A DNA stretch of 43,582 nt from Promethearchaeota archaeon (GTDB taxonomy: Archaea; Asgardarchaeota; Lokiarchaeia; Sigyniarchaeales; SOKP01). Both the position numbers and the translations under genes were made by a program. The stretch spans positions 1-43,582 of the forward strand of contig JBHLMQ010000024.1 of NCBI GenBank assembly GCA_048938005.1, in the 5' to 3' direction. The notes under the pieces are model-generated. The model saw only the letters and a list, made by a program, of their open reading frames with translations. It was not told the origin of the DNA and ran no database searches. Shown here piece by piece: positions 39,473-43,582 of this stretch. The first letter of the stretch is position 1, and the number at the start of each line of letters is the position of its first letter.

Positions 39473-40030
39473 TTAAGAAATTTTCGTATAAAGAAAAGTG
39501 AAAATTTCTTGTTTGCTTTTTTTATGGACTAATCTGTATTCATATCTTATAAGAGAATTTAAATCATTGAGTTGATATTTGTGAGAGATAATAACTGCTC
39601 CTCTTTTTGCCGTGGAAAGTACATGCTTAAGATATTTTTGCATAGAAGGTAATGAATATAAGTAAATAAAATCATATTTCTTTAAATTTTGAAGATATAA
39701 ATCTCCCAATTTAATCTTAATTTTTCGAAATAATCCATTTTTGAAATTTCTTTCTCTTTTCAATGATTTTATACGTACCATTGTTTCTTTTACTAAAGAG
39801 CGGTCAATTTCAATGCCATAAGCTTTAATACCGTAATATAAAGCCGAAAAAATAACAATACTCCCATTTCCTGCTCCTAAATCAACTAATTTTTGGTTAG
39901 AATTTCTTTTTAATCCGAATTCAAGTTCAAGTATTTGAAATATCTCCTTTAAAGATTCATTATCTGTTTCTAAAAATGGTAAATCTAACTGTGAATGAAA
40001 TTTCCCAAAATTCTTTTGTTTCTTTTTCAA
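39473..40030 (-). CDS. Class I SAM-dependent methyltransferase, FAM173/DOT1-like (protein-lysine MTase candidate)
   Basis: LPF..T, VDLGAGNGSIV, AYGIEID, GDLY, YLYSLP and 'GAVIISH'. Confidence 0.75.
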   Translation of the reverse strand: MKKKQKNFGKFHSQLDLPFLETDNESLKEIFQILELEFGLKRNSNQKLVDLGAGNGSIVIFSALYYGIKAYGIEIDRSLVKETMVRIKSLKRERNFKNGLFRKIKIKLGDLYLQNLKKYDFIYLYSLPSMQKYLKHVLSTAKRGAVIISHKYQLNDLNSLIRYEYRLVHKKSKQEIFTFLYTKIS

Positions 40031-40256
40031 TTTTTAATCATAGACCTTTTAATTAAAACTTTAGAAGATCTAAAATATATTAATTGAAGTTCTTTAATAA
40101 ATGCCTTCTGAAGTTAATAAGAAAAAACATTCTATTTACTCCGAGGTTTCCTAATATCAAAAGGTGTAAAATCTGAATACTTCTAAGATCTAACTTTAAT
40201 ACGATGTAACCTTTTAATATTTTAAAATTTCTTTTTATTACATTAACATTCTTGTC

Positions 40257-41303
40257 ATGGTGGATATATTAATAACTGGTGGTACGGGTTTTATTGGAGT
40301 TCATTTAGTAAAAAGGCTACAAAATTTAGGACATAATTTAAAGCTGTTAATCAGAGAGAGTAGTAATATAACTCCATTTGATGGATTAAATCACATTGAA
40401 TATATTACTGGTGATGTTCGAGATTATGAAACTCTTTATAAAGCCGCAGAAAATGTAGATTTAATTTACCATCTTGCAGCCTACACTAGAATGTGGGCAA
40501 AAGATAAGAAAATTATCGAAGATACAAACATAGAAGGCACAGAAAATATAGCAAAGATTGCGTTAAATAATAATAAAAAATTAATTTATATTAGTTCTTT
40601 TATTGCTCTGGGGGGAACTCCCCCTACTCCTGTGGATGAAACTCATGAAAGTGAAGAAGGATTATTTTTAGAATATGCTAAAACTAAGTTTTATGCTAGA
40701 AGAATAATAAAAAAATTTATTGAAAAAGGACTTAATGCTACAATATTCTATCCAGGAATTATTTACGGTCCTGGGGATTTTAACATTTTTGGGCAAATTA
40801 TTTTATATTTAACAGCAAAGAAATATTTAGGATGCCCCGGAAAAGGAGAAACTCTTGGTAATTTTGTATATTTAAATGATGTTGTAGATGGATTTATAAG
40901 TATAATTGATAAAAATGATTTAAAGGGTGAAGAATTCATTCTTGGAGGAGTGAATATAAAATTTACTGATTGGCTTGATTTAATAGCTGAAATTGTAGGT
41001 AAAAAGAGAAAACCACGGCATTTTCCCATGAGTATCGCCCTAATGTATGGCTGGTTATGTGAATTAATTACGAAAATAACGAAAAAAGCACCATTTATAA
41101 ATAAAAATCCTAGAATAATCTTTGGACCTTATATTAATCGAGCTACTGTTAAAATGATTAATTATAATTGGGTTTATTCTTCAAAAAAAGCCATTGAGAA
41201 ATTGGGATATAAAATCACACCATTAAGAGAAGGGTTAGAAGAAACAATAAAATGGTATAAAGATTTTATTGAAAAAAAAAGAAAAAAGGAAAATAATGAA
41301 TAA
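40257..41303 (+). CDS. Extended SDR NAD-dependent epimerase/dehydratase (3-beta-HSD/HpnA-like)
   Basis: TGGTGFIG, HLAA, YISS, YAKTK and PGIIYGPGD motifs. Confidence 0.9.
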   Translation: MVDILITGGTGFIGVHLVKRLQNLGHNLKLLIRESSNITPFDGLNHIEYITGDVRDYETLYKAAENVDLIYHLAAYTRMWAKDKKIIEDTNIEGTENIAKIALNNNKKLIYISSFIALGGTPPTPVDETHESEEGLFLEYAKTKFYARRIIKKFIEKGLNATIFYPGIIYGPGDFNIFGQIILYLTAKKYLGCPGKGETLGNFVYLNDVVDGFISIIDKNDLKGEEFILGGVNIKFTDWLDLIAEIVGKKRKPRHFPMSIALMYGWLCELITKITKKAPFINKNPRIIFGPYINRATVKMINYNWVYSSKKAIEKLGYKITPLREGLEETIKWYKDFIEKKRKKENNE

Positions 41304-41305
41304 AA

Positions 41306-41785
41306 ATGTTAGAAGATGAAATGACAAGCCAAATTATAGATAAAAAAGCATATAAGACAGAAATAGCCAGAAAATATACTATTTTTCTGTCAAAATATCC
41401 TGAAATTTTTTCTGATTTGATTAATGGGTCAAACTTTGATTTTGGGCTTTATGATTCGCTTGAAGCATATGATAATGAATCCCCGGTAGATATCTTTAAT
41501 GTCTATCGAAAAAAACAGGGAATTGAAATAAAACCTGGGAGAGCGGTCGATTCAGATTTGGAACTAGCACTCTCTGTAAATGCTGTCGAAAAACTAATTC
41601 AAACAAAAACGAAAGTAGAATATGCTCAACTCCTAGGATCTTTTTATAACAATCCTGATAAGCAAAAAGGATGGGTTGATTTCATATTGCATAAAAGAAC
41701 TCAAACCATAATTGAGATGGGTTATGGAAAATTTGCTCAAAGTGCTGGTATCCTTGAAGACGATGGTAGTATAATTAAGATTTAA
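41306..41785 (+). CDS. Hypothetical protein (weak SCP2-like resemblance)
   Basis: 159-aa ORF starting 2 nt after the SDR stop; 'IEIKPGRAVDSDLELALS' resembles an SCP2-type beta-strand/loop. Confidence 0.65.
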   Translation: MLEDEMTSQIIDKKAYKTEIARKYTIFLSKYPEIFSDLINGSNFDFGLYDSLEAYDNESPVDIFNVYRKKQGIEIKPGRAVDSDLELALSVNAVEKLIQTKTKVEYAQLLGSFYNNPDKQKGWVDFILHKRTQTIIEMGYGKFAQSAGILEDDGSIIKI

Positions 41786-41834
41786 AATCATTTTTTTTTG
41801 AACTAAAAAATTAAAAAGATTATAAAGAATAAAC

Positions 41835-43328
41835 ATGTCAAAATCACAAGAGTTAAGTATTAGAGATAAATACACTGGTGAAGTCATAGGAACTGTTCCT
41901 GCGGATACACCAGAAACAGTTCGAGAAAAAATAAAGAAGGTTTATAAAAACCAAGACCTACTAAAAGAAATGGACTTTTTTGAAAGGGCTCAACTTCTTT
42001 CGAAATTTGCTAGCAAATTGCGATTTAAAAAAAACCAACTGAAAGATATGATTGTAGCAGAAGGGGGATTGCCAATCAAGTATTCTGAATGGGAATTAAA
42101 TGTGGTAACTAATGGTTTTAAATTTTGTGATTGGTATTATCAATTTTTAAAAGAAAAATCTTTAACAAGTATCGAAGGAGAACAACTCGTTAGAATAAGA
42201 TATATTCCTCACGGTTTAGCAGCATGTATTTCTCCGCGTAATACTCCTATAAGTCTACCACTTTATCAACTAGGAGCAAATTATTTAGTTGGTAATGGAG
42301 CTATTGTTAAACCATCCACAGCTTGTCCGTTAACTATGATAGAAGCTTATTCTATGATGGAAGAAATGGATTTACCTGCTTTAGAGGCTTTAGATTTGGT
42401 GATTGCTCCTGGAGAATGGGCTGTGGATGAATTTCTCAAATCTCCTTTAATTAAAACTTTAATGACAATTACAGCCTCTCATACAGCAAAAGATATATTA
42501 GTCCGTTATGGGAGATTCTTGAAAAAAACTGTTGATAAATCAATGGGACTTCTAATGTACACTCAGCCATTTAAACATTTCTTTTTTGAATGTGCGGGAA
42601 ACGATGCAGGAATTGTTATGGATGATGTAAATTTAGAACAAGTAGCTAAATGGAATGCTATGGCTAGTTATACTAATTCTGGCCAACAATGTTTCTCGAT
42701 GAAAAGAATTATCGTACATAAAGATATATACGATGAATATTTGGAATATCTTATCAAAGAAATTGAAGGATTAAAATATGGAGATCCTACCGATCCTGAT
42801 GTAGATATTGGACCGCTAGGAAGTAGGAAAATCTTAATGATGATGGAGGTAATGGTAGCTGATGCAAAAAAATACGGTGCTAAAATATATACAGGTGACG
42901 AAAAGATTGATACTGGTGAAGATTATGGGTTGTTTTACAAACCGACTTTAGTAGAAATAAAACCTGAATTGTGTGAAGACTTAACTAAAGCTCCATTTTT
43001 GTGGCGAGAAGAGGCTTTTGGCCCTGTTCGCTCTATTACTAAAGCTAATGATTTGAAAGATGCAATAAGATTAGCAAATGCGAGTAATTATGGTATGCGA
43101 GCAGTTGCCTACACTTCAAATTTGAAAAATATTGAGATTTTTAAGAATGAATTAGAAGCTGCCAACATTTATATAAATGCAAGACCTATGCTCGTTGATA
43201 TTACAGTTTCTCTAGGAGGAATTAAGGATTCTGCTTATCCAGCAGGCTGTAAATATTATCCACAAGAATTAGTTTATGGAAAATACATTTATGATGGCAC
43301 TTCAATTAACTTGGAGAAAATAAAATAG
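41835..43328 (+). CDS. Aldehyde dehydrogenase family protein (divergent)
   Basis: ISPRNTP, VKPS, FECAGND (catalytic Glu), SGQQC (catalytic Cys), EEAFGPV and ANASNYG. Confidence 0.9.
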   Translation: MSKSQELSIRDKYTGEVIGTVPADTPETVREKIKKVYKNQDLLKEMDFFERAQLLSKFASKLRFKKNQLKDMIVAEGGLPIKYSEWELNVVTNGFKFCDWYYQFLKEKSLTSIEGEQLVRIRYIPHGLAACISPRNTPISLPLYQLGANYLVGNGAIVKPSTACPLTMIEAYSMMEEMDLPALEALDLVIAPGEWAVDEFLKSPLIKTLMTITASHTAKDILVRYGRFLKKTVDKSMGLLMYTQPFKHFFFECAGNDAGIVMDDVNLEQVAKWNAMASYTNSGQQCFSMKRIIVHKDIYDEYLEYLIKEIEGLKYGDPTDPDVDIGPLGSRKILMMMEVMVADAKKYGAKIYTGDEKIDTGEDYGLFYKPTLVEIKPELCEDLTKAPFLWREEAFGPVRSITKANDLKDAIRLANASNYGMRAVAYTSNLKNIEIFKNELEAANIYINARPMLVDITVSLGGIKDSAYPAGCKYYPQELVYGKYIYDGTSINLEKIK

Positions 43329-43496
43329 TTGTACTACCTATGGATTCTGAAGAATTATATAAGAAATTAAAATCTATTTTTCTCGAAATTTGGATTTAAT
43401 GAGATATCTATATGTAAATGCTTTTGTGTAAAGTAATTTTTATATTATCTTAAAACACATTAAATTCTATTGAAAATATTAGAATGAAAAATGATA

Positions 43497-43582
43497 ATGA
43501 ATAAAGAAGATATTTGTTATATGTCTGCTTGTGAAATGAGGGACAAAATCAAAACACAAGAACTCACTTCACAAGAGATAAC
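43497..43582 (+). CDS. Amidase family protein N-terminus (3'-truncated by window edge)
   Basis: MNKEDICYMSACEMRDKIKTQELTSQEI matches the typical amidase-signature/GatA-like N-terminal helix. Confidence 0.7.
   Translation, partial: MNKEDICYMSACEMRDKIKTQELTSQEI

Noticed and set aside
40153-40221. Inverted repeat AATATCAAAAGGT / ACCTTTTAATATT between divergent genes
   Set aside because: AT-rich, imperfect and widely spaced, so plausibly chance. No target-site duplication or transposase.
680-41887. Other short track ORFs nested in or antisense to real genes (680, 1142, 2452, 11810, 11952, 13044, 13423, 14832, 16383, 24917, 27016, 39087, 40763, 41633)
   Set aside because: They overlap well-supported genes and show no motifs.
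43340-43399. 19-aa ORF MDSEELYKKLKSIFLEIWI
   Set aside because: Too short, with no supporting motif; possibly a gene remnant.

Overview
AT-rich archaeal chromosomal segment, most likely from a Lokiarchaeia-type Asgard archaeon. This is inferred from archaeal housekeeping genes (eL38, NusA-like, Pth2, TruD, AspRS, type II Map, Alba, archaeal ThrRS, RibL, RibK) occurring together with eukaryote-signature-like proteins (Rab-like GTPase, Rpn11-like JAMM protein, two longin-like proteins, a membrane-anchored PCI-like protein). About 45 CDS are present; I found no rRNA, tRNA, CRISPR array or transposase. The most striking unexplained element is a roughly 490-nt non-coding region at 8528-9020 that looks like a large structured minus-strand RNA. 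It has a TATA box, a 10-bp helix joining its 5' and 3' ends, many G-U-containing helices, a U-tract after the 3' end, and an internal copy of its 5' strand that allows two mutually exclusive folds. I could not match it to RNase P, SRP or other RNAs I know. Other points: two conserved genes that lack an in-frame ATG/GTG/TTG start (ATT/ATA starts or frameshifts), a tandem HGSNAT-like/GT87/HGSNAT-like membrane cluster, a Cys-depleted IscU paralog, and an orphan Mod-type DNA methyltransferase. All calls come from reading motifs by eye; no searches were run.
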